Both the position numbers and the translations under genes were made by a program. The notes under the pieces were generated by a model. That model ran no database searches. It saw nothing but the letters and a program-made list of their open reading frames with translations, and was not told the origin of the DNA. Below are positions 19,929 to 29,626 of a stretch of 64,000 nt of DNA, piece after piece; positions within the stretch are counted from its first letter, which is position 1; every line of letters starts with the position of its first letter. The stretch is taken from the NCBI GenBank assembly GCA_964291415.2, contig OZ219920.1, forward strand, positions 128,001 through 192,000, written 5' to 3'. Source of the DNA: Alphaproteobacteria bacterium (GTDB taxonomy: Bacteria > Pseudomonadota > Alphaproteobacteria > SP197).

Positions 19929-20081
19929 CCATGCGTTCACCACACGCGAATGTGCAGTTCTCGTGACCTGTTGCGGAGTACGCATCGAGGACCTGGCTCA
20001 CCATGTGCGGGTGCGGAGTCAGCAGCGGCCGGCCATCGTGCGATTCCTCAACCAGTTCGCCATCATGCCCGAAACGGAGCC

Positions 20082-20125
20082 ACGCTGATCGGCCATGCTC
20101 GCGTGTCGACACCCGACCGGCAAGG
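20082..20125 (+). pseudogene. N-terminal trace of a serine recombinase (resolvase)
   Basis: (T)LIGHARVSTPD resembles MLIGYARVST.DQ. ATG appears mutated to ACG, with GGAG upstream. Confidence 0.5.
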
Positions 20126-20263
20126 GGCTTCAGAGACCGGACGATACCCATTTCAACTGCCTTGGACCGGATGATCGGGCCCACTGTCCTTTCGGCCGAA
20201 CGAGGACAGGCTCGCACCAGGTGGCGCGGTTGCCGGAACGGTTTGTTTCCCGGGACATACGCC

Positions 20264-21007
20264 ATGCCTGAAGCCGTGATCAGCGACCTTCAACAGCGCC
20301 TTGACGCCGCGGCGGACGTTGCCAGGAAGGAATGGTTCGAGGCCTATCTCAAGCATGTGATCGAGTACCGTGGGGTGCCGATGCCCGAGGTCGTGCGCAC
20401 TGTCTCCCTGTGGCGAAAGGAGTGCGGGCTCGATGGTCTTGCGCGGGCCGATCAACTCGATGTGGCCGTCTCGCTCATCGCCTGCGCCCATGCCGAGGAC
20501 AAGTTCGCCGGGATGGTCTACATGCAGAAGTACCTGGTGCGACACCTGCCGACGGAGCGGATCCTGGAGGCGTCCGAGGACCTGTTCGCGAGGGGCGCAT
20601 TCTGCAACTGGGCGACAAGCGACGGATACAGCATGCGTGTGCTCGGTCCGCTGATCCGTCGCGGCGGGCGTGGAGTGGCCCGACGAATCGCCGGCTGGCG
20701 CACCGCGGCCGATCTCTGGCAGCGCCGAGGTTCCATCGTTCCATTCAGGGCGGTGGTGAGCGACCCGTCGTACCACCCGCTCATCGGGGAGGTCATCGCG
20801 GTGCTGGTGAAGGAACGGGAACGGTTCATCCAGACCGGCATCGGCTGGGTTGTCAGCGACATGGCAAAGGTTCATCCGGACGCTGCGGGGACCCTGGTGG
20901 AGCGGCACCTTGACGAACTCTCGTCCGAGGTCATCCGGCGCCATACACGGCACTTCCCCGATCACGAACGGTTCAGGGACATGAAACGCAGGCAGGAACG
21001 CCCGTAG
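20264..21007 (+). CDS. DNA alkylation repair protein (AlkD-like HEAT-repeat family)
   Basis: YLK..IEYRGVPMP, NWATSD, W.RR and FIQTGIGW motifs. Confidence 0.8.
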   Translation: MPEAVISDLQQRLDAAADVARKEWFEAYLKHVIEYRGVPMPEVVRTVSLWRKECGLDGLARADQLDVAVSLIACAHAEDKFAGMVYMQKYLVRHLPTERILEASEDLFARGAFCNWATSDGYSMRVLGPLIRRGGRGVARRIAGWRTAADLWQRRGSIVPFRAVVSDPSYHPLIGEVIAVLVKERERFIQTGIGWVVSDMAKVHPDAAGTLVERHLDELSSEVIRRHTRHFPDHERFRDMKRRQERP

Positions 21008-21087
21008 CACGGAACCGGAGAAGGAGCGCCGTTGACAGGGAGGCGCATGATGGAGCGTGCAAGGGCGGCAAGAGGAAGGGGTGAGCT

Positions 21088-23133
21088 ATGGTCAATCTCG
21101 TTGCCGAGGCTGAAGGACTTGTCGTTCGCCAGTCGTTCCCGCACCGCATCCGGGTGATTGATCACCAGTGGATCCCGCTCTCCGACGGGGTCAGGCTGGC
21201 TGCCCGGATATGGCTTCCGCAGGATGCCGAGCGCCATCCCGTGCCGGCGATCATCGAGTACATTCCCTACCGTCATCGCGACTTCACGCTGCCGCGCGAC
21301 GAGATGATCCATCCATGGTTCGCAGGCCACGGCTACGCTGCCATCCGCCTCGACATTCGCGGGTCGGGAAACTCCGAAGGGCTGCCCATGGACGAATACG
21401 TGGTCCGCGAACAGGACGACATGCTCGAGGCCCTTGCCTGGATCGCCGCACAGGACTGGTGCACCGGCACCTGCGGCATGATCGGCATCTCCTGGGGCGG
21501 CTTCAGCGCCCTGCAGACGGCCTTCCGGGGGCCACCCGAACTCGGCGCCGTCATCACGCTGTGTTCGACGGACGACCGATTTGCGGACGATGTCCACTAC
21601 ATGTCCGGCTGTCTGCTGCGCAACAACCTCGCCTGGGGCGGCCAGGCGTTCGCCTATGCGGCCCGTCCACCCGACCCCGCCATCGTCGGCGACGCCTGGA
21701 AGGCCATGTGGCGCGAGCGGCTCGACAACCTCCCTTTCCATACCGCCGAGTGGCTGTCGCACCAGCGGCGTGACGCCTACTGGAAACACGGGTCCGTGGC
21801 CGAGGACTTCAGCGCCATCCGCTGTCCGGTCTACGCCGTATCCGGGTGGGCCGACGGCTACACGAACACCGTGCTCAAGATCATGGCCGGGCTCGACGTG
21901 CCCCGCCGCTGCCTCATCGGACCCTGGGCGCACGCCTATCCGAACCTGGGCGTTCCCGGTCCTGCGGTCGGCTTTCTCCAGGACTGCCTGCGCTGGTGGG
22001 ACCGCTGGCTCAAGGGGATCGACAACGGTATCGACCGGGAGCCGGCGGTGCGCCTGTGGCTCCAGGATCCGGCGCCGCCGGCAACGCACATGACCAGGCG
22101 GTCCGGACGCTGGATCGGCATGGCAGACTGGCCGCCGGCGGATGGCGGCGAAGAGACCTGGTGGCTCGATGCCGGGGGGGTTCTGGGAAGCGAGCCCGGC
22201 GACGGTCTGGCGGAGGTGGCGACACCCCTTGTCACCGGCATGATGACGGGGGAGTGGAATCCCCACGGCATCGGCCCTGAGCTTCCCGGGGATCAACGAA
22301 GCGACGATGCCCTTTCCCGGGTGTTCCTGACGCCGGGCGCCGGCGAGGACCTGGCGATCGTCGGACGCCCGCGCCTCAGACTGCGCCTGGCATCCAGCAG
22401 GCCGACAGGCACCGTCGTCGCCCGCCTCGTGGGTGTGGCAGGCAATGGTTCATCGACCCTGATCACGTGGGGGTGTCTCAACCTTGCCCACCGCACCGGC
22501 CACGAGAACCCCGAGCCCATGGAACCCGGTGTCTTCACCGATGTCGTCGTCACCATGAATGCCATCGCCCAGGTCGTGCCCGCGGACTGGCGTCTGCGTC
22601 TGGCTCTCTCCTGCGGCAGCTGGCCTCTGCTGTGGCCGGCGCCCGAGACGAACCGGCTGACGATCGACTGCGGCGCCAGCGCCCTCGTTCTTCCCCTCCG
22701 TTCCGGCAAGGAGGACGACATGGAACTGGCGGACCTTGGGGACGCGGAAATCGCTCCCCAACCCGATCTTGACTGGCTGCGTCCATTCAGCCGGTCACGC
22801 CGGTTCGTCACCGACGTCGAAACCGGCGCGACGACCCTGGTTCTGGAAAAGGACGACGGGGCCTACAGGATCAACAGTCACGGCCTCGTGGTCGAACAGG
22901 CGGGCACGGAACTCCAGTCGATCACCGAGGGTGAACCACTCTCCAGCCGCGGCGAGGTGCGCTGGAAGCTGGGGCTGTCGAGAGATGACTGGCAGACCTC
23001 CGTCGAAGCCGTCACGACACTGGCCTGCGACTCTGCAACCTTCCTCGTCACCGCGGAGATCACAGCCCGGGAGGGCAATGAAACCGTCTTCTCCCGGCGC
23101 CTGGAGAAGACCATACCGCGGGACAACATGTGA
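21088..23133 (+). CDS. CocE/NonD family hydrolase (peptidase S15)
   Basis: IPLSDGVRLAARIW, DIRGSGNSEG, nucleophile GISWGG, and IGPWAH. Confidence 0.92.
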   Translation: MVNLVAEAEGLVVRQSFPHRIRVIDHQWIPLSDGVRLAARIWLPQDAERHPVPAIIEYIPYRHRDFTLPRDEMIHPWFAGHGYAAIRLDIRGSGNSEGLPMDEYVVREQDDMLEALAWIAAQDWCTGTCGMIGISWGGFSALQTAFRGPPELGAVITLCSTDDRFADDVHYMSGCLLRNNLAWGGQAFAYAARPPDPAIVGDAWKAMWRERLDNLPFHTAEWLSHQRRDAYWKHGSVAEDFSAIRCPVYAVSGWADGYTNTVLKIMAGLDVPRRCLIGPWAHAYPNLGVPGPAVGFLQDCLRWWDRWLKGIDNGIDREPAVRLWLQDPAPPATHMTRRSGRWIGMADWPPADGGEETWWLDAGGVLGSEPGDGLAEVATPLVTGMMTGEWNPHGIGPELPGDQRSDDALSRVFLTPGAGEDLAIVGRPRLRLRLASSRPTGTVVARLVGVAGNGSSTLITWGCLNLAHRTGHENPEPMEPGVFTDVVVTMNAIAQVVPADWRLRLALSCGSWPLLWPAPETNRLTIDCGASALVLPLRSGKEDDMELADLGDAEIAPQPDLDWLRPFSRSRRFVTDVETGATTLVLEKDDGAYRINSHGLVVEQAGTELQSITEGEPLSSRGEVRWKLGLSRDDWQTSVEAVTTLACDSATFLVTAEITAREGNETVFSRRLEKTIPRDNM

Positions 23134-23174
23134 CGGTATCGGGGGCCGTCACGGCCGACGGTCCCCCGATACCG
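23134..23174. terminator. Strong hairpin between convergent genes
   Basis: cggtatcggggg...cccccgataccg forms a 12-bp stem with an inner ccgtc/gacgg pair. No U-tract. Confidence 0.6.
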
Positions 23175-23184
23175 CGAAACAGCG

Positions 23185-24795
23185 TCAGGTCGTGGCGTCG
23201 TCGAGCCAGACGTCCTCCCAGTACATCCAGCCGCCGAATCCGTGGGGATGGCCCTTGAGGTCCTTCACCCGCGAGGCATAGGCGTCGAGCCAGTTGGTGA
23301 AGACCGGCGTGATGGTCGCCCCCTCGTCGCGCATGATGATCTGGATTTCGCGATAGAGTTCGCGGCGCAGGGTCTCGTCCACCGTCTTGCGGGCTTCGAG
23401 GACCAGACTGTCGAACCTCTCGTGGGACCAGAAGCTCTCGTTCCACGAACCGCCCGAGATGTAGGCGATGGCGAGCATCAAATCGGCGGTCGGCCGGCCG
23501 TACCAGCTCGAACCGCACCACGGCACCTTCATCCACACGGCGCTCCAGTAACCGTCCGCCGGCACCTTCTTGACCGTCACGTTGGCGCCCGCCTCGTTCA
23601 TCAGCTCGGCCATGACGATGCTGGCGTTGGCGCCGCCGAAATTGTCATCCGAGGCATGGAGTTCGAAGGTGGCATTCTCCATGCCGGCTTCCTTCAGGTA
23701 CCAGGCCACCTTGTCCGGATCCCTCTCCAGGGCCTCGACGTCGGGAGCGAAGAAGGGATCGTGCTGCGGGATCGGATGGTCGCGACCGACCGTCCCGAGT
23801 CCGCCCCATCCGAGCTGCAGCATGCGTTCGCGGTCAATGGCGTGCTTGAGCGCCATGCGCACGTTGTTGTCGGTGTAGGGTGGTGTGTCGGCCCGCATCG
23901 GATAGGTCGGGTGGGCCCCGCCCGGCTGGTTCAGCACCTCGGCGTTGTCGGCCTCGTCGACGGAGGAGATGAGCTGGGGATCCAGCCCGATCATGATGTC
24001 GATCTCGTCCGACAGCAGCGCGTTCACCCGGGCGGAATTGTCCGGAATGCCGAAGCTCTCGATTTCGTCGACATAGGGACGCCCGGTGCGGTGGTAGTTG
24101 GGATGACGCTCGAAGACGGCGACGATCCCCGGGTCGAACTCCTTCACCATCCAGGGGCCGGTGCCGATGGCCTCGCCACGGGCGTAGCTGGCGTCGTCAG
24201 CGCCTTCAGGTTGCGCCGTGAAGTGGTACTCCGTCAGCAGGTACGGAACGTCCGCGTTGGGAGCCTTCATGTTGAAGACGACGTGGCCGGGACCGTCGGC
24301 GGTGATGGACTCGACATCGCCGAGATAGGCATTGGCCGGTGACCCGCCTTCGGGGTCGAGATGCCGGTTGAAGGAATAGGCGACATCAGCGGCGGTGAGC
24401 GTCTTGCCGTTGTGGAACTCGACACCCTCGAGGATCTCCATGGTCCACTGGGTGGCATCGCCGTTCGGTTCCCAGCTGGTTGCGAGGTTGCCGACAAGCC
24501 CCTCTCCGGGGATGTAGTCGATCAGCCGGTTGTAGAGCAGGCCGGAACGACCGATGTCGCTGCTGGCGACAATCTTCGTCGGGTCCAGGGTGTCCCCGGC
24601 GCTGCTGGTGGTGAATCCGGCCCGCAGCCTGCCACCGCTCTTGGGCGTTTCGGCGCGGGCATCGCGGCATGTGCTTGCGACAAGGGCGCCGGCAGCCGTG
24701 GCGGTGAAACCCATCGCAACGAGGCCATTGTGAAAGTCGCGGCGCGAGACCCTGCCTCCAAGGAACTCGCGAATCAGGACATCCTTCTTTTCCAT
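23185..24795 (-). CDS. ABC transporter substrate-binding protein, family 5 (paralog 1), Tat-type leader
   Basis: SRRDF leader, then TLDP, GVEFHNGKTLTAADV, IGTGPW and DNNVRMALKHAIDR. Confidence 0.92.
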   Translation of the reverse strand: MEKKDVLIREFLGGRVSRRDFHNGLVAMGFTATAAGALVASTCRDARAETPKSGGRLRAGFTTSSAGDTLDPTKIVASSDIGRSGLLYNRLIDYIPGEGLVGNLATSWEPNGDATQWTMEILEGVEFHNGKTLTAADVAYSFNRHLDPEGGSPANAYLGDVESITADGPGHVVFNMKAPNADVPYLLTEYHFTAQPEGADDASYARGEAIGTGPWMVKEFDPGIVAVFERHPNYHRTGRPYVDEIESFGIPDNSARVNALLSDEIDIMIGLDPQLISSVDEADNAEVLNQPGGAHPTYPMRADTPPYTDNNVRMALKHAIDRERMLQLGWGGLGTVGRDHPIPQHDPFFAPDVEALERDPDKVAWYLKEAGMENATFELHASDDNFGGANASIVMAELMNEAGANVTVKKVPADGYWSAVWMKVPWCGSSWYGRPTADLMLAIAYISGGSWNESFWSHERFDSLVLEARKTVDETLRRELYREIQIIMRDEGATITPVFTNWLDAYASRVKDLKGHPHGFGGWMYWEDVWLDDATT

Positions 24796-24894
24796 CCCCA
24801 GTCTCCCTGATGGTGCTGTGGCGCGGAACTCCCGCGCCTTGCTTCCCATGGTGGACGTTTGGACGTCGCCGTCAACATTGCCCCGGCATGGAAA

Positions 24895-24919
24895 GGGCGC
24901 ATGAACACGTCATGCGCCC
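24895..24919 (-). terminator. Hairpin between the two binding-protein genes
   Basis: gggcgcatga-acacg-tcatgcgccc, a 10-bp stem with only a short T run on the minus strand. Confidence 0.5.
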
Positions 24920-24963
24920 CTTCAAAGGGAAGCGGGCCGGACTGCGTGCCGGCCCGCTCGCCG

Positions 24964-26574
24964 TCAGGCCGTGGCGTCGTCGAGCCAGACTTCCTCCCAG
25001 TACATCCAGCCGCCGAATCCGTGGGGATGGCCCTTGAGGTTCTTCACCCGTGAGCCGTAGGCATCGAGCCAGTTGGTGAAGACCGGCGTGATGGTCGCCC
25101 CCTCGTCGCGCATGATGATCTGGCATTCGCGGTAGAGTTCGCGGCGCAGGGTCTCGTCCACCGTCTTGCGGGCTTCGAGGACCAGGCTGTCGAACCTCTC
25201 GTGGGACCAGAAGCTCTCGTTCCACGAACCGCCCGAGATGTAGGCGATGGCGAGCATCAAATCGGCGGTCGGCCGGCCGTACCAGCTCGAACCGCACCAC
25301 GGCACCTTCATCCACACGGCACTCCAGTAACCGTCCGCCGGCACCTTCTTGACCGTCACGTTGGCGCCCGCCTCGTTCATCAGTTCGGCCATCACGACAC
25401 TCGCGTTGGCGCCGCCGAAATTCGAGTCCGTGGCATGGAGTTCGAAGGTGGCATTCTCCATGCCGGCTTCCTTCAGGTACCAGGCCACCTTGTCCGGGTC
25501 CCTCTCCAGGGCCTCGACGTCGGGGGCGAAGAAGGGGTCGTGCCGCGGGATCGGATGGTCGCGGCCGACCGTCCCGAGTCCGCCCCATCCGAGCTGCAGC
25601 ATGCGTTCGCGGTCAATGGCGTGCTTGAGCGCCATGCGCACGTTGTTGTCGGTGTAGGGTGGTGTGTCGGCCCGCATCGGATAGGTCGGGTGGGCCCCGC
25701 CCGGCTGGTTCAGCACCTCGGCGTTGTCGGCCTCGTCGACAGTCCCGACCAGTTGCGGATCGAGGCCGATGATGATGTCGGCCTCTCCGGACAGCAGGGC
25801 ATTGACCCGCGCGGAGGTGTCCGGAATGCCGAAGCTCTCGATTTCGTCGATGTAGGGCAGTCCGGTGCGGTGGTAGTTGGGATGGCGCTCGAAGACGGCG
25901 ACGATCCCCGGGTCGAACTCCTTCACCATCCAGGGACCGGTACCGATCGCCTCGCCTTGAACGTAGCTCTCGCTGTCGGCACCTTCCGGTTGCGCCGTGA
26001 AGTGGTACTCCGTCAGCAGGTACGGAACGTCCGCGTTGGGCGCCTTCATGTTGAAGACGACGTGGCCGGGGCCGTCGGCGGTGATGGACTCGACATCGCC
26101 GAGATAGGCATTGGCCGGTGACCCGCCTTCGGGGTCGAGATGCCGGTTGAAGGAATAGGCGACATCGGCGGCGGTGAGCGTCTTGCCGTTGTGGAACTCG
26201 ACACCCTCGAGGATCTCCATGGTCCACTGGGTGGCATCGCCGTTCGGTTCCCAGCTGGTCGCGAGGTTGCCGACGAGCCCCTCGCCGGGGATGTAATCGA
26301 TCAGCCGGTTGTAGAGCAGGCCGGAACGACCGATGTCGGCGCCACCGACGATCAACGTCGGATCGAGGGTGTCCCCGGCGCCGCTTGAGGTGAAGGCCGC
26401 CGTCAGCCTGCCACCGGTCACGGGTTCTTCCGCCTTGGCTTTGCGGACCGTGGAATCGACGAGTGAGGTTGCGGCGGCAGCCGACAGACCAAAGCCCATG
26501 AGGCCGTTCTGGAAGTCGCGCCGCGACACCTTGCCCTTGAGAAACTCCCTGATCAGGACATCCTTTCCTGTCAC
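24964..26574 (-). CDS. ABC transporter substrate-binding protein, family 5 (paralog 2), Tat-type leader
   Basis: Near-identical to 23185-24795 beyond the N-terminus. GTG start follows a GGAGG RBS. Confidence 0.92.
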   Translation of the reverse strand: MTGKDVLIREFLKGKVSRRDFQNGLMGFGLSAAAATSLVDSTVRKAKAEEPVTGGRLTAAFTSSGAGDTLDPTLIVGGADIGRSGLLYNRLIDYIPGEGLVGNLATSWEPNGDATQWTMEILEGVEFHNGKTLTAADVAYSFNRHLDPEGGSPANAYLGDVESITADGPGHVVFNMKAPNADVPYLLTEYHFTAQPEGADSESYVQGEAIGTGPWMVKEFDPGIVAVFERHPNYHRTGLPYIDEIESFGIPDTSARVNALLSGEADIIIGLDPQLVGTVDEADNAEVLNQPGGAHPTYPMRADTPPYTDNNVRMALKHAIDRERMLQLGWGGLGTVGRDHPIPRHDPFFAPDVEALERDPDKVAWYLKEAGMENATFELHATDSNFGGANASVVMAELMNEAGANVTVKKVPADGYWSAVWMKVPWCGSSWYGRPTADLMLAIAYISGGSWNESFWSHERFDSLVLEARKTVDETLRRELYRECQIIMRDEGATITPVFTNWLDAYGSRVKNLKGHPHGFGGWMYWEEVWLDDATA

Positions 26575-26745
26575 TGGACCATCCTCCCTGTTGAGTGGTG
26601 ACAACAGGCCGGAGTCTAGAGGACAGGCAGGTACAATGACAGTACCGCCTTTCGAGGGCGGACGGATCCGGGAGAGGCGTTGCTTGTCCCGCGAGGGGCC
26701 TCGGCCTATTGTCGCCATGGCGCCCCGCTTGATGTTAGGACGCTC

Positions 26746-27810
26746 ATGAAGCTTATCCGCGACTGGTTCCACGAGACGTTTTCGGATCGTCAGGTGCTGA
26801 TTCTGACGGTCATTCTGCTGATCGCGGTGGCGGGAATCGTGTTCATCGCGGACATGCTGGCGCCGTTGATTGCCGCCTTCATCATCGCCTTCATGCTTGA
26901 TGGGCCGGTGCGCTGGCTGATCCGCAGGAACGTCAGCCACATCGTTGCGGTCAACATCGTGTTTGTCGGCTTCTTTTTGGCCGCCCTGCTCTTCCTTCTC
27001 GGACTGCTTCCGGTGCTGTTCCGCCAGATGGGGCAGTTTGTCGCCCGAGTCCCGGAGATGACCCAGGAGCTCCAGAACCACCTCGTGGCGTTGCCGCAGC
27101 GCTACCCGGACATGTTCTCGGAGGACCAGATCAGCGGTTTCATCAGGGAGATCGGCTCCACCATTGTCGCAGCGGTTTCATCCCTGCCGTCGTTCGCAGG
27201 CGCTTCCGTGGTCGGACTGCTGACCGCGATCGTCTACCTCATCCTCGTCCTGGTGCTGGTCTTCTTCATGATCAAGGACAAGCGGGCGATCGTCACGTGG
27301 CTGGTGACATTCCTGCCCCGCGACCGGGAACTGACAAGCACCGTGTGGAGCGAGATCACGGCTCAGGTCTACAACTACATGCGCGGCAAGGTCTGGGAGA
27401 TTCTCATCGTCGGTGTGGTGACCTACGTGGTGTTCGCCTTGCTGGGCGTCGAGTTCTCGATCCTGCTTGCCGTCATCACCGGTCTTTCGGTGCTGATCCC
27501 CTACGTGGGGGCCGCTGCGGTGACGGTCCCCGTCGCCGTCATCGCCTTCCTGCAGTACGGCATGACATGGAACTTCGGTTACGTGGTGATCGCCTACGGA
27601 ATCATCCAGGCTCTCGACGGCAACATCCTTGCGCCGCTGCTGTTCAGCGAGGTCGTGAACCTCCATCCCGTCGCCATCATTGTCGCCATCCTTGTCTTCG
27701 GCGGGTTGTGGGGCCTTTGGGGGGTCTTCTTTGCCATCCCTCTCGCCACGGTCGTGCAGGCGGTGTTGCGCGCCTGGCCGCGCACCACACCCTGGCGGCG
27801 TGTGGACTGA
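26746..27810 (+). CDS. AI-2E family transporter (PerM-like)
   Basis: YMRGKVWEILIV, LIPYVGA, IQALDGNILAPLLFSEVVNLHP and GGLWG motifs. Confidence 0.9.
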   Translation: MKLIRDWFHETFSDRQVLILTVILLIAVAGIVFIADMLAPLIAAFIIAFMLDGPVRWLIRRNVSHIVAVNIVFVGFFLAALLFLLGLLPVLFRQMGQFVARVPEMTQELQNHLVALPQRYPDMFSEDQISGFIREIGSTIVAAVSSLPSFAGASVVGLLTAIVYLILVLVLVFFMIKDKRAIVTWLVTFLPRDRELTSTVWSEITAQVYNYMRGKVWEILIVGVVTYVVFALLGVEFSILLAVITGLSVLIPYVGAAAVTVPVAVIAFLQYGMTWNFGYVVIAYGIIQALDGNILAPLLFSEVVNLHPVAIIVAILVFGGLWGLWGVFFAIPLATVVQAVLRAWPRTTPWRRVD

Positions 27811-27815
27811 GAGGC

Positions 27816-28763
27816 ATGTTCAAGCTGATCGTCAGACGCCTTTTTCTTGGTCTTCTGACCCTTCTGGCCATTACTGTCCTGGTCTTTCTCGGTACGGAAA
27901 TCCTCCCTGGGGATGTCGCCCAGGCAATCCTCGGTCAGGCGGCCACGCCGGAGACCGTGGCCGCCCTGCGCGAAAAGCTCGGCCTCAACGCACCGCCCTG
28001 GGAACGCTACTTCACCTGGCTCGCCAACATCCTTGCCGGTGATCTCGGCAACTCGCTCGCCAACGGCATCCCCGTCGACCGGATCATCGGCCAGAGAATC
28101 GTCAACACGATCAATCTCGCCCTCTATGCCACGGTCATCGCACTGCCGCTGTCACTCCTTCTCGGGCTGCTCTCGGCCGCCTGGCCGGAAGGAACGTTCG
28201 ACCGCACGACGTCGTCGACCACCGTGTTCTTCATCTCGATTCCGGACTTCGTCATCGCCATCGTGCTCATCATCATCTTTGCCCGTGAACTGGGCTGGTT
28301 CCCTTCCGTCGTGCACCGGCCGAGATGGGGCGATGTGCCGGTGGCCCTGGGCCAGACGTTCCTCCCGATGCTGACCCTCGTCCTCACCATCCTTGCCCAC
28401 ATCATCCGCATGACGCGGGCCGCGGTCCTTGACGTCCTCAAGCAGCCCTACATCGAGATGGCCCTGCTCAAGGGGGCCCCCAAGTCGCGCATCATCATCC
28501 GCCACGCCATCCCCAACGCCCTGGGGCCGATCGTCAACGTGGTGGCGCTCAATCTCGCGTACCTGGTGAGTGGCGTGGTGATCGTCGAGGTCATCTTCAC
28601 CTACCCCGGGCTGGGCCGCCTCATGGTGGATTCCGTCATCTTCCGTGACCTGCCGCTCATCCAGGTGGCGGCGCTCGTGTTCTGTGGCTTCTATGTCGCT
28701 CTCAACATCTCGGCCGACGTCACCGCCATCATGGCCAATCCGCGCCTGAGGTTCGCCAAGTGA
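27816..28763 (+). CDS. Peptide-type ABC permease (DppB-like)
   Basis: LPGDVA, GDLGNS and Y..MA.LKG...RHAIPNAL motifs. Confidence 0.92.
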   Translation: MFKLIVRRLFLGLLTLLAITVLVFLGTEILPGDVAQAILGQAATPETVAALREKLGLNAPPWERYFTWLANILAGDLGNSLANGIPVDRIIGQRIVNTINLALYATVIALPLSLLLGLLSAAWPEGTFDRTTSSTTVFFISIPDFVIAIVLIIIFARELGWFPSVVHRPRWGDVPVALGQTFLPMLTLVLTILAHIIRMTRAAVLDVLKQPYIEMALLKGAPKSRIIIRHAIPNALGPIVNVVALNLAYLVSGVVIVEVIFTYPGLGRLMVDSVIFRDLPLIQVAALVFCGFYVALNISADVTAIMANPRLRFAK

Positions 28764-29626
28764 CCCGCCTCGCAGGTCGCACCCGTTCGAAGCGGGCCCG
28801 GCCGCGTCCCGACGGATGGGCCTGGGCAGGTATCGTCATCGTCGCCATCGGCCTCCTTCTCGCGGTCGCCGGACCCTTGCTGGCGCCCCACGAGGTCGGC
28901 GCCATCGTCTCGGATTCCAACTTCGAGGCGCCCGGCATCACCACTGTCCTGGGGACCGATACGCTGGGTCGCGACATCCTGTCGCGCCTCCTCCATGGCG
29001 CCCGCCTGACAGTGGGCGTGGCGCTGGCCGCCACCGTGCTCGGCTTCCTCATCGGCATGGCAGCCGGGTTCTCGGCGGCGGAGATCAAGGGCCGTTACGA
29101 CGACTTCATGCTGTGGCTGGCGGACATGATGCTGTCCTTTCCGCCGCTGTTGCTGGCCCTGATCGTCATCGCCTCGCTCTCGTCGAGCCTGCCGGTTCTC
29201 GTGTGCACGATCGCTGTCCTCCACGCCTCTCGCGTCGCCCGTGTCAGCCGGGCGGTGGCCATGAACGTTGCCGCCCTGGAGTTCGTCGAGGTGGCGCGAG
29301 CGAGGGGAGAGAACCTGGTGTCCATCCTGGTGCGCGAGATCTGGCCATCGACGATCCGTCCCCTGGCCGTCGAGTTCGGACTGCGCCTGACGTATTCGAT
29401 CCTCTTCCTGTCGAGCCTGAGTTTCCTCGGACTCGGCATCCAGCCTCCGGATGCCGACTGGGGCTCCATGGTGAGGGAGAACCTGAACGCGCTGCAGACG
29501 GGTGCCTACATTGCCGTTCTGCTTCCGGCATTCGCCATCGCCATCCTGACGGTCGGCGTCAATCTTATCGTCGACTGGCTTGGAGCGGTGTCGGGGCGGT
29601 CGATTTCCGAAGAGCTCACCGGGTGA
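28760..29626 (+). CDS. Peptide-type ABC permease (DppC-like)
   Basis: LGTDTLGRDILSRL and LSFLGLGIQPP..DWG motifs. Confidence 0.92.
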   Translation: MTRLAGRTRSKRARPRPDGWAWAGIVIVAIGLLLAVAGPLLAPHEVGAIVSDSNFEAPGITTVLGTDTLGRDILSRLLHGARLTVGVALAATVLGFLIGMAAGFSAAEIKGRYDDFMLWLADMMLSFPPLLLALIVIASLSSSLPVLVCTIAVLHASRVARVSRAVAMNVAALEFVEVARARGENLVSILVREIWPSTIRPLAVEFGLRLTYSILFLSSLSFLGLGIQPPDADWGSMVRENLNALQTGAYIAVLLPAFAIAILTVGVNLIVDWLGAVSGRSISEELTG

